Source of the DNA: Octopus vulgaris
Lineage: Eukaryota
DNA: 64,000 nucleotides
Assembly (NCBI GenBank): GCA_951406725.2
Contig: OX597814.1
Location: 156,488,001 to 156,552,000 of the forward strand
Direction: 5' to 3'
Below the pieces are notes generated by a model. That model did no database searches, was not told where the DNA came from, and saw only the letters and a list, made by a program, of their open reading frames with translations. The stretch's first letter is position 1, and each line of letters starts with the position of its first letter. The translations under genes were made by a program, and so were the position numbers. Shown here piece by piece: positions 1 through 14,800 of the stretch.

Positions 1-964
1 TGGTATTGTGCGAAAATTTGAAACAAATATTACAAACACGGTTTATAGCAGAATCAGAATTTATATCCTTGTTTCTGTGTTCCTCATCGTATCAAAAGTT
101 CGAAGTATTTTTGATACGATGAGGGTCGTTATGTATATGTTCGTTAATTATAGAATATATGCTCGTTGTATATATATGGATGAGGTATGTGTTTTTTATG
201 TCAGTGTGAGCTTGTAAGTATTCCTCCCATTCAGACAAGATAAACACAGACACATTCAGAAACTCGCACAAACACATTCACACGCATACACAGAGAGAGA
301 GCGGGGAGAGAAAGAATGCAATACAACACAACACAACACATAAAAATTCAGCAAATAGCAACTGAATCAGTCATGTAATTAGCAGGAACCAAAGGAGTCA
401 TCACATGGTCGCTCGGTCTACAAGATATAGCAGTCAAACCTTCCTAAAAGTGACACATTACTATCTTAAATGCATCTTGTTGGATAATGTTATCCTGCAT
501 TACTTACACAAGAAAAAGACGGGATGGCACAGCAGGAAAATTTTGGTTCAGAGCTGACCCGATACTAAACTACGATAACAACAATAATTGATTAGCTTCA
601 ACTATCTTGCTGATATACACTCCACCAGAAGATCAAAAGTTGTGATCCACCAAAGTCCGCCACAACCTACAGTTGTACTGAATAAGACTGGTCAATGCAG
701 AACTACTAATCACAGCGACTCAGAGAATGGTACTCGTGTTGTACAAGTGTTTATCCCGATAATTCAATGACGTATAGATCTCTCTCTCTTTATGATGATC
801 TCATTCGTTATCCTCTCGACGGAAAATCCTAGAGCGATAGACGAGTGACAATATATGCAGACTAATTGGAAACGCACAGTAAGTTACAGCTTTTGCCTGC
901 CACCTATGCTTCAAACCATGCAGACCTACAACATGTAAAGTCGTGGATGGAAAATCAGATATGC

Positions 965-1570
965 CATGGACAATGGTAAAAGGGGAAATGCTCAACCACA
1001 ACCGAGAAGGGAACTTCATGGGAAAAAGGTTTTTCTCTCTATCTGGTGGGATTGCAAAGGAGTAATTCACTTTGAATTGTTACCACCTAATGCACAATCA
1101 ATGCTCAAGTCTACTGTCAGCAATTAGGGTGTTTGAACCAAGCTTTGAAGAAAAGAAGACCCGCTTTAGTGAATCGAAAAGGAGTGATGTTTCATCAGGA
1201 CAATGCGCGACCCCACACTGCAAATATCACATCACAGAAGATCGAAGAGCTTGGTTGGGAAAAAATACCTCATCCACCTTATTTTCCCGACCTTGCTCCT
1301 TCATACTACCATTTGTTTCGTAATTTACAGAATCATTTGGGGGACATAACTTTCGCAAACCAGGAGGAGGTCGAAACTGACATTTCAGAGTTCTTCGCTT
1401 TGAAAGCAAAAGAGTTTTACATTGATGGGATTAAAAAGCTTGTAAATAGATGGAAGAAAGTCATAGATAATCAAGAAAAGTACATGGATGATTAAATTTC
1501 ATTTAAATATAACATTTGATCACTTGTTTTCTTTATTCAAAATTCGGACAGAACTTATGGGATGACTTGA
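965..1570 (+). mobile_element. Mariner (DD34D) transposon, 3' half, frameshifted transposase plus right TIR
   Basis: ORF 1133-1495 has HQDNARPH, HPPYFPDLAPSYYHLFRNL and GIKKLVNRWKKVI. The upstream frame gives LHGKKVFLSIWWDCKGVIHFELL. Ends in a TIR-like sequence followed by TA at 1571. Confidence 0.93.
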
Positions 1571-2030
1571 TATATATGTAGGTGTGGATGTGAGGGGGTA
1601 TTATCTGACACAAACGCATACACATATACATATGAAGAAAAAGTAAGTGTCAGAACTAGATAACAAAAGGGAAGCAAAAGAAGAGATGTGAGAGTAACAA
1701 AAGACATACATATTCACATACACACGCACGCGTGCATGCGCGCGCGAACGCACGCATACATATGTATATACAGACAAACTGAGAAAGAAAAAAGTAAATG
1801 GAAAGAAACGGGAAAGATAAAGTTAGAGAAGATTGAAAAAACAAAAAGAAAGGAAGTGTGACAACAATAATGAATATCGAGATGCAGGGAAAGGAAAAAG
1901 ATAAGAGGAATAAAGAGAGAGATGGAGAAAGATGCAGGAGAAAAGCGTAAGATTTCCACCCGGCAACAAGAAAGTATTTAATGTGCCAGGGTAAAGAAAA
2001 ATATTGCCTGATATGAAGTATTTAGGAATT

Positions 2031-2121
2031 AGAAGGAGGAGGAGGAGAAGAAGAAGAAGAAGAAGAAGAAGAAGAAGAAGAAGAAGAAGAAGAAGAAGAA
2101 GAAGAAGAAGAAGAAGAAGAA

Positions 2122-2168
<47 letters not shown>

Positions 2169-2178
2169 AGAAGAAGAA
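2031..2178. repeat. (GAA)n microsatellite
   Basis: Directly visible trinucleotide run; source of the poly-R/L/S ORFs. Confidence 0.99.
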
Positions 2179-2967
2179 GGTTGGGGAGATGGGGAAGTGT
2201 TGGCGAAAGAGAAGTGCGGAGTCTCTTGTTTGACCAACAGAAGAACATCAATTACGTAAGAAGCACGTAACTGAATGGAAGAACGAATGCAAGATATGCA
2301 GAGAACAATAAGTATGATAATGATGTAGATGTACAGCGTAGAGTTTCACTGTTTAACAACGTGACAAATTGTAGCAGACGACTGACAACATAAGTCTGTT
2401 GTTAAACTAACCAATCAACGAACGTCTTTTAAAAATCGAACGTTGGTGGGGTGCTGGGAGAGTCAGGGACAAAAACATTGTTGCTGTTGCTGTTTTGCCG
2501 CTGTTGTTCATATTGATTGTTTTTGTTGTTGACTGAGAGACAGAAAGAGTTTGACTAGAGGTGAGTATTGAAAAGAAGGTTTGAGAGAAACAAGCAGAGT
2601 GAAAGAGAGACGAAAGGAAGCTGAGAGAGAGAGAGAGAGAGAGAGAAAGGAGGTGAAACAGAAAGAGACTCTATGTGTATTCATGAAGTTTCTTCTGACT
2701 GTGTTTATATATGTGTGTGTGTATGTGTATGTATGTGTGTGGTGTAACTAGCAATGTGTTAGAATGGTAGGAATGAGAGAATATCGCAGAAAATTCCCAA
2801 ATATCATCGAATATACACTGACTGATAAAGAATGTGAGATGAAAGAGAGAAAAAGAAAATAAGACTAGAATGAGAAAGGCGTGTTCTTTTCAACTTCTAT
2901 CATTATGCATATATTATACATATACACATACATATACACATATGTATATGTGTGTGTGTGTGTTCGC

Positions 2968-3014
<47 letters not shown>

Positions 3015-3395
3015 CATATATGTATGAATGTATGATTGTATGTGTATAAATAACTGCATATACTCATGTGCGTACGCGTAAGCGATCAAACACATCCACT
3101 AGCATGCATATAAATAAATGCATTCTTATATACAGAGATACATACATATATATTGACAGACACAGATATACTTGTGAGTGGGTGTTTTTGTTTACATGTG
3201 TATATGTGTATGTGTATTGTATGAATGCATACACGTATGAATATATGGACACACATTTATTCACTTGTGTATATGTGTACCAACATACATACACATGCAT
3301 ATTCATATCTAAAGACATATACAAACAGATACATAGAAGTATATATACGCATGTATATATATGTGTGTGTGTGTGTGTATGTATATACTTATATA

Positions 3396-3451
<56 letters not shown>

Positions 3452-3882
3452 TGTGTGTGTGTGTGTATGTGCATGCGCGCGCCCATGTGTGTCTGTCCAC
3501 AATTTAGAGAGTGGCTTTATAACTGAATATATGTATCATGCGTTTTTTCTTGCGTATCTCTGAGTTAAATTCTAAATATTGTAACTCTATATATGTATGT
3601 TGAGTACTCCTTCCTTCCGTCTACCCAACTACATATATATGAATAATATGTGTATTTGTGTTTTCAATATATATGCATATACATGTGTGTGTATGTGATA
3701 TATATGTATATATATAGTTGAAATTTATAGAAAAGCAAATGATGATATCTGATGCATACATATTGTGTGTTGGCACGAAACTCTAAGCTCACTCCTATGC
3801 CTATCCTCAATTCATTTTACTCCGCTTCTAATCATTAAATATTTATATATATGTATGTATGTATATATATATACACACACAC

Positions 3883-3913
<31 letters not shown>

Positions 3914-4183
3914 TACATACACACATATATATATACGGACAGAGAGAGAGGCAAACAGACAGAGTCGGAGAGAGAGGGAGAGATCAATACAATCATACAT
4001 ACATAAACACGCACATACATACATACATATATACATGCATATATGTACTTAAGTTATACAAGAGTACAAAAGAAAGACATAATTTGATAAATACATCTAT
4101 ATACATATATGCATTCATATATATATATATGTATATATATACATATAGATATGCATATATATACATATATATACGTATATCTA

Positions 4184-4226
<43 letters not shown>

Positions 4227-4466
4227 ATACATACGTATATATACATACATACACTTGCATCAATGCACGCATGTATGTATATATATATGTGTGTAATCTT
4301 CAAAAGATCAACAAGAAACTCGGTGTTAAGTTTCACTTTACATTATTTTGTACATTACTTCTTGCATTGAGTACTATCTTTTCTTCTTCGTATTTACGCG
4401 TCTGTATACATATATATACACACACACATATACATTCATATATATACATACATCCATACGTATACG

Positions 4467-4505
<39 letters not shown>

Positions 4506-4693
4506 ATTAGTATATAGATAGATAGATAGATAGATATACAAATACATATATATACATATGTTTCTATATATATATACACACACACACACACATGTATGTA
4601 TGTATGTATGTGTATATATATATATATATATTTATATGTATATATATATATATATATATTATATTTATGCATATATATATATATATGTATATA

Positions 4694-4733
<40 letters not shown>

Positions 4734-6122
4734 CATAAATACATACATACATACATACATACATACATACATACATACATACATACATACCAGAACAATG
4801 TCGACGTATACTTATGTGTGTATAGTATTATTTCCGATTATTTCTTCTAATAATTTGCTTATTTATTTTCGTTTCATTTGCCAGCTTTCCTGCTTATTTT
4901 TGCCAACAGTTCGTCATCGAGTAAACACCGATGTGTACAAGTTTGTCACGTTCTTCTCTATATCGTTCAGAATATTTCTTATTTTGTCTCCAGAAGACTT
5001 TGCTGTTTTAATCAAAGATGAAAAAATATAGCTGCAATAGACTAGTAAACATTTGGAATTTCTGAATTCCTATTGTCTGTATATGTCTTTATTGGAGTCT
5101 CTGTATGTTCGTAAATGTGTGAATGAATAAATGTTCTTCGTCTGCGCGTATGTATGATTGTGTTTGTGTGTCATTGTGTTCTACTTTGTAATATTTTTTC
5201 CCGAATAAATCGTAGTTATATTTTGTATCTTTGAGAATAAAAGGTGCCCCTGATTCTTCAGAATATGAACAGAGCTTGCCCAACGAAGGAGTAGAATAGA
5301 GTCACCGTAATATAACTTCAATGACAATTTGTGATCTTTAATATTGTTAATTTGGTTGGAAAATGCTTCACTATGCAATTCTTGAAAGTTATAAGGATAC
5401 TTGTATGTTAGCAACTACTCTTTTATTGTATTGACGAAATTTGACTATGTCTTGTGGTTTGTATGGCTTAGAAAAGGAAGAACATTTCCAGTTACGTTGC
5501 GTCCGAAGCTTGTTGGAAGAAGCGGAGTTATTTTCAGACTGGAAGCTTGGATCGAATGTAATTGAGTGACACCAATAATGGTACCTAGCATCGGGTGATG
5601 GGTCTTAAATATACATACATGAATACACACACATATGCAAAAAAGCAACCATAGCCATCACACGCAAGCGAGTAAATGATAGAATCTCTGATTCTTTCGC
5701 TCTTTGTTTTTTATTGCATATGTAACCGCGAGCAGATACAAACACCTTGTTGGCTCTCACAACCTTGATCCAGTGGAATATTCAGGACGCAACAGCTGCC
5801 GCCAGTACTACTAGACTGGCCGTCATATCAGTGGGGTAGACATGAGCAACGTGAACTGACCCCTTGCTCTATGACACAACTCACCATCTGACCGAGGAAT
5901 CGATCGCACGACTCTTGAGCGTAATTCCAACACCCTAACCACCAGTCTGTGAGGGGAGTGCGCGCGTGCGTATGTGCGTGCGTGTGTGCGTGCGTTCTGC
6001 GTGCATGCGTGTATACATATAAGGTGCGATGTGTATTTGAAGATACTTAATTATCAGGATATTATTCTCGTCATACTAACGAAAAAGATTTTATTTCTTC
6101 CGGTTCCCCTACAGCAGACAAA

Positions 6123-7080
6123 ATGGCAACACAAGAAATGAAAAGAAATACATTGGTTGTATATTCGGAACACAGCAATTTAGAAATTACCAGCTTTCTA
6201 AATGTTGTAAGATTTTTTTTTCACCAAGTTTGAGTGGAATCCGAAGCCTTTAGAGCTAATCTTGGAACTGTATTAAAACTTTATGACTATAAAGACTCCA
6301 CATTTCATTCAACGGGCTCAAAACATTACCTATGATTATATAGGAGAATCAATGAGAGGCATCACCAAAGAGCTTCATGTGTGGGAGTGAACTATCAGAC
6401 TGGGGTGCACATGGTATTCGATACAAGCCTTATGTACTGAGGAGAGGTTAATTCATTTCTGCAAAGACACAAGTAAACTATTTGATCCGTGCCAAATTAT
6501 AAAATAACAAGGTTTAAAATATTCATACTATGATTCTTCTCTAATGAGCAAAACTTCGTCTAACCCCAAAACTTTATTAGGAGAAATGACAGAAGCTTAT
6601 GTGTAGATCCTTGTCATATCCCCCAGACGGATGCGAACTAAATTTCCAGCAATCCTGATGGTTTTAGGAGTGGTGAGAAATGGAGGGCATGTCATGCCAC
6701 CTTACATTTCCCACGAGATCTTAGAATTAATGCTGCTTAATGCGCTGAAGTACTGGTGATGGCTGCTAAACCCTAGATAGATGAAGTACACAGTGGAAGA
6801 TCGTACATATTTCAACAAGATTCAGCACCTTCACACAAACTTCACATAACCCAAGAATGGATGTGACACAATCTTTACGATCATGTGACTCTAAACTCGT
6901 GGCCTCCAAACGCGTAAGATTTAAATCCCATGGACTACTGTTTGGAGCATGGTTGAAAGGGATACTAATCAACATCCTCACAATAATATAGCTTCACTGA
7001 AGGGCACTATTATCCAGGTGATGTTCGAAACGAATAAGGACCATTTAGTGCAAATTCTGTATTTAAGCAATCATCGAACA
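6123..7080 (+). pseudogene. Decayed maT/DD37D-type Tc1/mariner transposase
   Basis: Fragments across frames: MATQEMKR, IRYKPYVLRRG, FFSNEQNF, TKFPAILMVLGVV..GHVMPPY, FQQDSAPSH, WPPNA*DLNPMDY, VERDTNQHPHN. Many stops and frameshifts. Confidence 0.85.
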
Positions 7081-7156
7081 GGAGAACTTGTGCACAAATC
7101 ATCATTAAATTACATTTGGTTTTTGCTACATTAGAAGTCATTTGCAGCATGAAAGA

Positions 7157-7394
7157 TGTTTATAAGCCATTTAAGAAACACACAAAAACCGTTAGATTCA
7201 CTTCAATATTTAAATTTAATTTGTCAAAATATTTTCGTTGCTTTGAGACCGAGACCTGTTTACTGACAAAATTCGTGTAGCATGGAAATTTGTTAGGTCG
7301 CGGTTTCAAAGCGACGAAAATATTTTGACAAATTAAATTTAAATGTTGAAGTGAATCTAACGGTTTTTGTGTGTTTTTAAATGGCTTATAAACA
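7157..7394. repeat. Long inverted repeat, ~100-bp arms with ~37-bp spacer
   Basis: 7157-7257 is a near-perfect reverse complement of 7295-7394 (tgtttataagccattt...gagacct / aggtcgcgg...ggcttataaaca). Confidence 0.93.
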
Positions 7395-7567
7395 CCTCCC
7401 ACGCAGCAATTGTTTTTGTTTCAGCACACGATCTCAGATTAAATCACTTGCTATGAAAGTATATCTTTGTAATACATCAAAAATGTTTTATTAAATTAAC
7501 AAATATATCCTCAAATACGTCTCGTACATTGTATATTATATATATACATATATATACATACATATAT

Positions 7568-7638
<71 letters not shown>
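7568..7638. repeat. (GTA)n microsatellite
   Basis: Visible run. Confidence 0.98.
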
Positions 7639-7639
<1 letters not shown>

Positions 7640-8130
7640 ATACCTGCAGCCGTCTCTGCTATTTTTACAACTGTTCTTTGTAATTCTATTCATATTGTTA
7701 TTGTTATTTTGGGTTTGGTTTTTCAGAGTATATAAACAACGATAAGCTTCCTTCTCGCATATCATATCTGAATGCAAAATTCGGTGAACGACCGATGAGG
7801 TGTCATTTACTCAGATCATTTCACCATGCATTATAACACTTGGCAAAAGCAATTATTTATGTGTAATGTGGTTTACAGAAATGCGATACTAAAACAATTG
7901 TAAACTGAAACGATATTGAACTTATACTATACTGATATTTTCATTTTCTTCTTTTCCTCATATATATATATATATATATAGGTTATAAGAGGTAATGGTG
8001 TCAATGAGACCCAAGGTGTCAGGTACATCTATTTTCATTTCTCCATCTCACTCTCTATTTCGTATCTTATCTAAATTTACTATTGCTTAACCATCTTCTC
8101 ACACCATCTCCGATGAAGAGATATAAATAT

Positions 8131-8182
<52 letters not shown>

Positions 8183-8439
8183 TTGAAAGGGAAACGCCAA
8201 AGAGGGAAAGACTCATTGTCTCATTGTCACAAACCCATATCTGACCAAACCCTAAATATTTGCCCCAAGTGCACCAGAGCTTCTCATTTAATGATTAGCT
8301 TATATAACCGCAAACACATATATATATAAACAAACACATATGCATGAGTGTGTGTGCGTGCGTGTGCATATGTACGTATGTGCGTGTGTGGAAGTGCGTA
8401 TTTTTATTGCACATCTGTTTTGACTGTTGTTTGTTCGCT

Positions 8440-8960
8440 TTATAGCACCTTGTAGCCATCAATGAAGTGAATAGAGGAGTATCTTCAAAGAAAGATATGA
8501 TTATATGAAACAGTTCAACAAAGCGTACAACACAGTTTCCTTTTGACAGTCACCACTCTTTGGTATGGTATAAGAGTTTAGTATGCTCCTCATCATTTCT
8601 CAGACAGATTTGACGGAAAATTCGATCAGGCAAGGGACTGGACTTCAATTTATTCAGTCTTGATAACAAACAGTAGCGCATCATTCAATCTACTGTTCGT
8701 ATTTTTACCACTAAATACTGCCGGTGGAAAATTTCTCCTAAGAGAGATGAAAAACCTCTGTATCTTTCTATTATCGAAGGGGCTTCATCAGATGCACAGG
8801 TAAGAATATTACTGAATGGGATATTATGTTCAAAAAGGAAAGACTTAAGAGTGAGAAAAATAGTTGCACCATTTGAATCAAGTGGCAATTTCTCTGTGAA
8901 CAGCATTTCCTCACAATTTTGAAAGTCTTCGCTGAAGTACCGAGCATATACCATCATATA
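8440..8960 (-). pseudogene. hAT (Buster/ZBED8/SCAND3-like) transposase fragment
   Basis: MVYARYF..EEMLFTEKLPLDSNGATIF..NIPFSNILTCASDEAPSI; downstream RIFRQICLRNDEEHTKLLYHT..LSKGNC. Confidence 0.88.
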
Positions 8961-9599
8961 CCAGTATGGTATTCCCAGAGAGAAGAAGAAGTCAATAGAG
9001 CAGAGTCAGATGACACGTCTTTACTGGAGCAAATACGGATCTAGTTCGTTTGGTTGCCAGCATTTCAAAAATTAAAGTCTATCGAAAATTTTAAAATTTG
9101 GCACATTAATGTACCTTTCCAAGCTAAATTGCTGGAGTTATTCAACTTTTTCCAGAAAAATGTTTTTAAAATGTTAGAGGTTTAAAGTTTGATCATTTTC
9201 ACCCAGTCAAGAAACACGATTTCAAAGCTGTCATCCTGAAAATAGCACTTGTGTTTTGATATGACCCCTCATATAACCCCTCATAATTTTTTTATTTTTT
9301 GGAGTTTTCAGAAAATTTTTACGAATTTGAATTCTATACGTTGGAATTCATACGATTATGCCAAAAACTAAAATAAAATTGTGGTGGAGTGTGATTTAAG
9401 GCTTAGGCCTATTTGGCTGCTATTTTTAGCACACATGACAACCATCTCAATGACTGCGACAAAATTATTCGATCGATAAGCAAGTGCGCTTTTTTAATAC
9501 AAAACGACGTCTCATGCGAATAGTCAAATCGATAAAAGTGCATCCTTATTCTAGGCATGCCTTGATATCAGTAAATGCAGACTTACTTTCTAAAAATTG

Positions 9600-9716
9600 A
9601 TTGTCACCCACAAAATGTTCATATCGCTCACCAAAATCTCAAATCGCCCACCATATTCTACAAATTCGCCAACAGCCCTCTGGTGGGCGATATCGCCCAC
9701 TTTGGAAAGCTTTGAT
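9600..9716 (-). mobile_element. hAT/Buster-like terminus, probably the 5' end of the element at 8440-8960
   Basis: Minus strand reads caaagctttccaaagtgggcgatatcgcccaccagaggg, resembling Buster-type TIR/subterminal sequence. Confidence 0.55.
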
Positions 9717-9721
9717 CTATA

Positions 9722-9820
9722 TGGTTGATTGTTTATGGACATTTGTGTGTGCACGTGTGCGCGCATGCGTGTACGTACATATGTAGGTTTGTACCACTCC
9801 CATGAACAAGAGAGACAGAC

Positions 9821-9911
<91 letters not shown>

Positions 9912-9938
9912 CACATACGTATATACACACACATATAT

Positions 9939-10023
<85 letters not shown>

Positions 10024-10075
10024 CACATACGTATATACACACATATATATATATATGTATGTATATACGTATGTG

Positions 10076-10106
<31 letters not shown>

Positions 10107-10203
10107 CTCTTGTTCATGGGAGTGGTACAAACCTACATATGTACGTACACACATGCGCGCACACGTGCACACACACATGTCCATAAACAATCAACAATCA
10201 ACC
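9722..10203. repeat. Inverted duplication enclosing (GATA)n/(TATC)n tracts
   Basis: ttgattgtttatggaca...gtaccactcccatgaacaagagag on the left is mirrored by ctctcttgttcatgggagtggtac...tgtccataaacaatcaa on the right. Confidence 0.9.
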
Positions 10204-10423
10204 TTCTTCCCTTCTTTCCTGTGCGTCCAATAATACTTTATTTGTTCCACGTCCTCGCGTTGTTGTGTTTTTTGTTTTTTTTGTGTTTTCTTGTTTGGAT
10301 TAACTATATATATATATATATACACATACATGCACACAATTATATATACGTATATATATATACTTATATATAACTGCGTGCATGTATATGTCTATGCGTG
10401 TATGTGTGTGTGCATATATATAC

Positions 10424-10472
<49 letters not shown>

Positions 10473-10489
10473 TGTGTATTTATTCCATC

Positions 10490-10845
10490 GTGTTTCTTTC
10501 TGTCGAAGAGCGTAGGTTCGAAACGTAAAAGACTTTCTCACCTTCCCGAGCATCAAACTAATATATCTGATTGTTGTTTATACACCTATCTTCGCCTACT
10601 GTTTTTCTGTAAAATTCAACTATATATATATATATATAGGGGGGAGAATTCACGAAAAAACAAAAGACGAAGACAGGTGGTGTAAAAAAACAAACAGATG
10701 TATTAGTATAACGCTCGGGAATTGAAAAAGTCTTTAACGTTTTGAGCCTACGCTCTCCCACAGAAAGGAACACAGAAAGAAACAAGGAAAGAAACAAAGA
10801 GAGAAAAAAAATGTGCGTAGTGGCTACCGATCTATCATGGCATTA
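10490..10845. mobile_element. Two tail-to-tail copies of a PLE pLTR-like repeat joined at a (TA)n tract, each with a hammerhead-like motif
   Basis: 10490-10620 (+) and 10640-10845 (-) are homologous. The same family recurs at about 51480-51610, 51945-52170 and 54560-54715. Confidence 0.7.
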
Positions 10846-10847
10846 TA

Positions 10848-10890
<43 letters not shown>

Positions 10891-11879
10891 CCCACCCCCA
10901 GCAGTGGAAATCTTTTGTGTAGTAAGCTTTATGCTTGTTTTCCAACAATATAACCAAGAATTGTGAAAGCACTTATTTGTGTGCTTTGAAAATGGAAAAC
11001 CCAGAAGTAAAATTAGACATAATGTCTATAATCAGTAAATAGTATAGCCATTTGTGCAACAGAAGCGATTTTAGTTTTAATGAATGTCCATTATTGTGCT
11101 TTGGAAATTTAATAACTGAGCACCATCTTGATTTTAGATTAAGATCTAGAGGCAATAGTGAAGTCTTATTTGGAGTGTGTTTCAGACTTTGGATTTGTTT
11201 TTAATGGATTACATCAATGCGCAGAAATACTTGAATTTGAATCATCTTTTGATATTCTTATTGCAAATTTATTCCTGAAAGAAAATAAATTATTAGTATT
11301 AAAAAATCATTACAATAAATACATCAGTATTATTGTTGTCTTTTGTTCAATAAATAATTGAATTTATATAAATAAATATTGTTAAATTGAAATAATGTTT
11401 ATTGTTTTATATATTTTTGGCTCTTAATTGACTGTACGATCACGACAGAAAGAAAGAAAAATTTAATCATTACAGTAATAATTATAAATTATAATATCCA
11501 TGTCATTATTGTCTTTTGTCTCCCAGAGGATAAATTAAAATACTATAGTTTTTTTTTTCTTTCTTTTAAAAGTGCTCGTGCTACTTTGGTGCAATCTTTA
11601 AAAAATTAAGTATACGTGTTAGCTTTGTAATTGGCCTGCATATTAAATGATGAGTAATATACACGCACACTATGAAGTTCATAATCATTACTTGGAAATA
11701 AAATTACAATTTAGCTTTCAGAAAGGACAATTATACATTATTCCTGTAGTCATCGTGTGGTTTGAAGTGTATTAACTACATACATATAACAGTATATGAC
11801 CAATTATCTTAATTCTTATTAAACTCAATACAAATATAAAAACGTAAAATTCTGTTTCTTTTTAATCACTTGCAGCATA

Positions 11880-14800
11880 ATTCCTAAATTATAAATTTGT
11901 TTAATGTAAATATTAACACATTTTCAATAAAAATCTTTAAATATTAGTTAGGATGATGCTGCATACTTTTTTTTCGAGGGTAGTTTGTCTACGCTGTGGG
12001 TGATGGATTTATTAAGTGTTGCCGTAACTTTGTAATGATTGTCATTTTGCATGTGCTATATGTGTTATAGAGATATAAGTAATTCCTTATTTAGGTCTTC
12101 AGCGCATAGTGTTTTTAGTAACTGAATGTTAGTGCTAATCAGTCTCTGGTGAGTTAGAATCGAGCCGAGCTTCGGTAAAAAACATTGAAGCCTGTGATTA
12201 TCCTGATTCTTGTTTTTTTTATCGGGATATCTTTATCCAGTGCATCCTTTTTCTAAAACTATAGAAGGTTATTTTGAGGCTCATTCAGCTGCTATATCTG
12301 ATAGGTTAAATGGATGCGTCCACGTTCCCTCATCGACTAATGCTATTCTGTTTAAAATATTAGTTATTTGTGTTTGATATTGTTTGATGCTGCTAGTAAA
12401 AAAAGAAAGGGTGGCAACTAGCGGGTGATGCAGATTTAATTGCTGTGTAGCGATATCTGAAATATTAAGATGGTGTGAGCGAGATGTCATTTGTTATGAA
12501 GTGGTCTGTATTTTTTTTTTTTTTTTTGTGCAGGCATGGGAAGGTCGATTAGATTTGAATCAAAGTAAATTAGTGTGAATAAGGATCGTTGTGGTCATCA
12601 TTTCAAAAGTTACAGATTTGAGATTTTCGTTATTGTGCATAGACTTGACTACCGGGAGAATGGTTCATTTTGCATATTATGAATATGATTAGTATTTTAT
12701 GTATAAATAGAGAGAAGGGAGTGAAATCTAAGGTGTTGATTATGTTGGTAATTAGTTTGCTACGTGTAAGCTTTTACATTCTCATTGAAGCTGCCATATA
12801 TTCTTTGTCTGAAGTGTGTAATAGTATAAACGCAAGCAATGGTGTGTGATTAAGGGAGCACAAGTCCGTCGGAACTAATCACACAATGGTTTAGAAAGGT
12901 GTTTAAAAAATGTCACCTGCTTGGGATGTAATGATTCAAGAAAGAACTATATCTAAAGGTCAGTGTAGATTTTAACAATGAGAAATTCTATGCAACTAAT
13001 TATGTCAGGGTTTTAAGTTGTCGGTGGTTAAAGATATTACACATCAGGTCAGAGATGCTACAGCATTATTTTATTATTTATTAGGGTATGTGACAGTTTT
13101 GTAAATTCTAAAAAGTCTTCAAAATTTTATGCTAGATAGAAATTTCTATCGAGTGTCTATTAAACGGCATTGGCAGTATTGGCCAAAAGTTTTCAAGGCT
13201 TTCACTTGTACGAATGTTATATGGTCTTTCGTTTTCTGAATACACGTTTACCCTTTAAAACGATTCTTTTATTTGAGGCTGATATGTTTATTCATGAATC
13301 TTCAAATCCTATGTGTAACTGGGAAGTGATGCGTTTTTTTTTCTCTGTGTCATTTTCGTAATGCATGAGTATGTATAAATATGTAGTGGGCTTTCGACAG
13401 ATTAAAGATGATATCAGTGTTTACTATGAAGGAATTGTATAGTATATTAGTAAACTAGGCAGTCTGAATATAGACTTTTGTATGATGCAACATATATTTT
13501 TAATTAGTGAAAATTATCCTGCAAGATCATTAATTTCTTCAGAATGTTTACATATATTGTAACAACGAGGACGTTAAAGAAATTTTAAATCCAACTACAT
13601 TTACTATAGTTCACATTATTACTGTATGTAAAATTTTGTGTATTTGGAAATCTGTAATGTCCGGAAATTTTCAAGAAAAATTGATGATATTCATGTATAG
13701 TATTTACTTATAGAAGTGCAGAAATCTTTATACCTAATTCTGCATTACGAAAATGACGAATCTAATTATTTGGACTATATCTACTTATAGAAAATTAATA
13801 TTGTGATTTTTTGGGAGAGATTTAAACTATTCTACTACAGATGAAATATAAAACCACACTAAAAGTGATATCACTTTAAGTTTTGGTAAAATATTATCCT
13901 ATGAGTGTTTAGTTATTTTTATTATGTTAAAGTATGAAAGGGATCGATTATATGAGAAATGTGAAGAACAATCAATATTTTATTCTTGTTTATTAATCTT
14001 CTTTAGATATTCCAATTTAGCTAATTTAACTTTTCTACATAGAAGATATGACAATAAAGCTTGCATGGTAAAGATTTTTTCCTTTTGCCTAATACTAGTA
14101 TGTAGATATAGTTTGAATATTAGATATTGCGTATTTTGGTGTTGAATTTGTCTAGAAGTTATAATTTAAGATTTTTGATTAATGAAAATCGATCTTCTTC
14201 AAAAGATAGTAATTGCTTATTATCCGGTAGGCAACTCATTCGATTTGAATCTACGTTTAAATTTATCATCTGCATTTTCTCCTTGGTTGTCGAAGAAAAA
14301 TGCGCAACACTTTCATCGTTTTATGTAATAGACGGGTTTCTGAATTAGAAACTCAAAGTAAAAATCCTTGGAAGGAAATAACCTTCTTGTTCCACCATTT
14401 TTATCATTGGGATTAATAATGGACCGTACAGAGGCAAAGATGGACAGAAATTAAAGAGAAAATATTAAGATATTCGACACTGCATGAGAAGAGCCTTTTA
14501 GATATTAATTTTTTATGTAAGTTGGCAACATTATGCATTTATTTCATCTTTCTGTGAATTTTTCGAACTCATTGACAAAACAGCTTGCTGGATTGTTATA
14601 TGTTGTGAAAAAATAAGACAGGGAAGAAAAGAAAAAAGAGAAAAAATGGCGAAAGAATACAAGTTTATAAACAGGGTCAGCAAATTTTGAAATTGCTTTT
14701 CAATTTAATTCCATGTTTCGATAACGTATTATAAGGGTCAGAAGTGGATTTAGATTTAAAGAACGAGAGAAAATCTTTGAGAAGCGTTAGATTCTGTATG

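Noticed and set aside
1133-1495. SETMAR-like host gene
   Set aside because: Only a frameshifted mariner C-terminus with TIR; no SET domain; the third catalytic D position reads Y.
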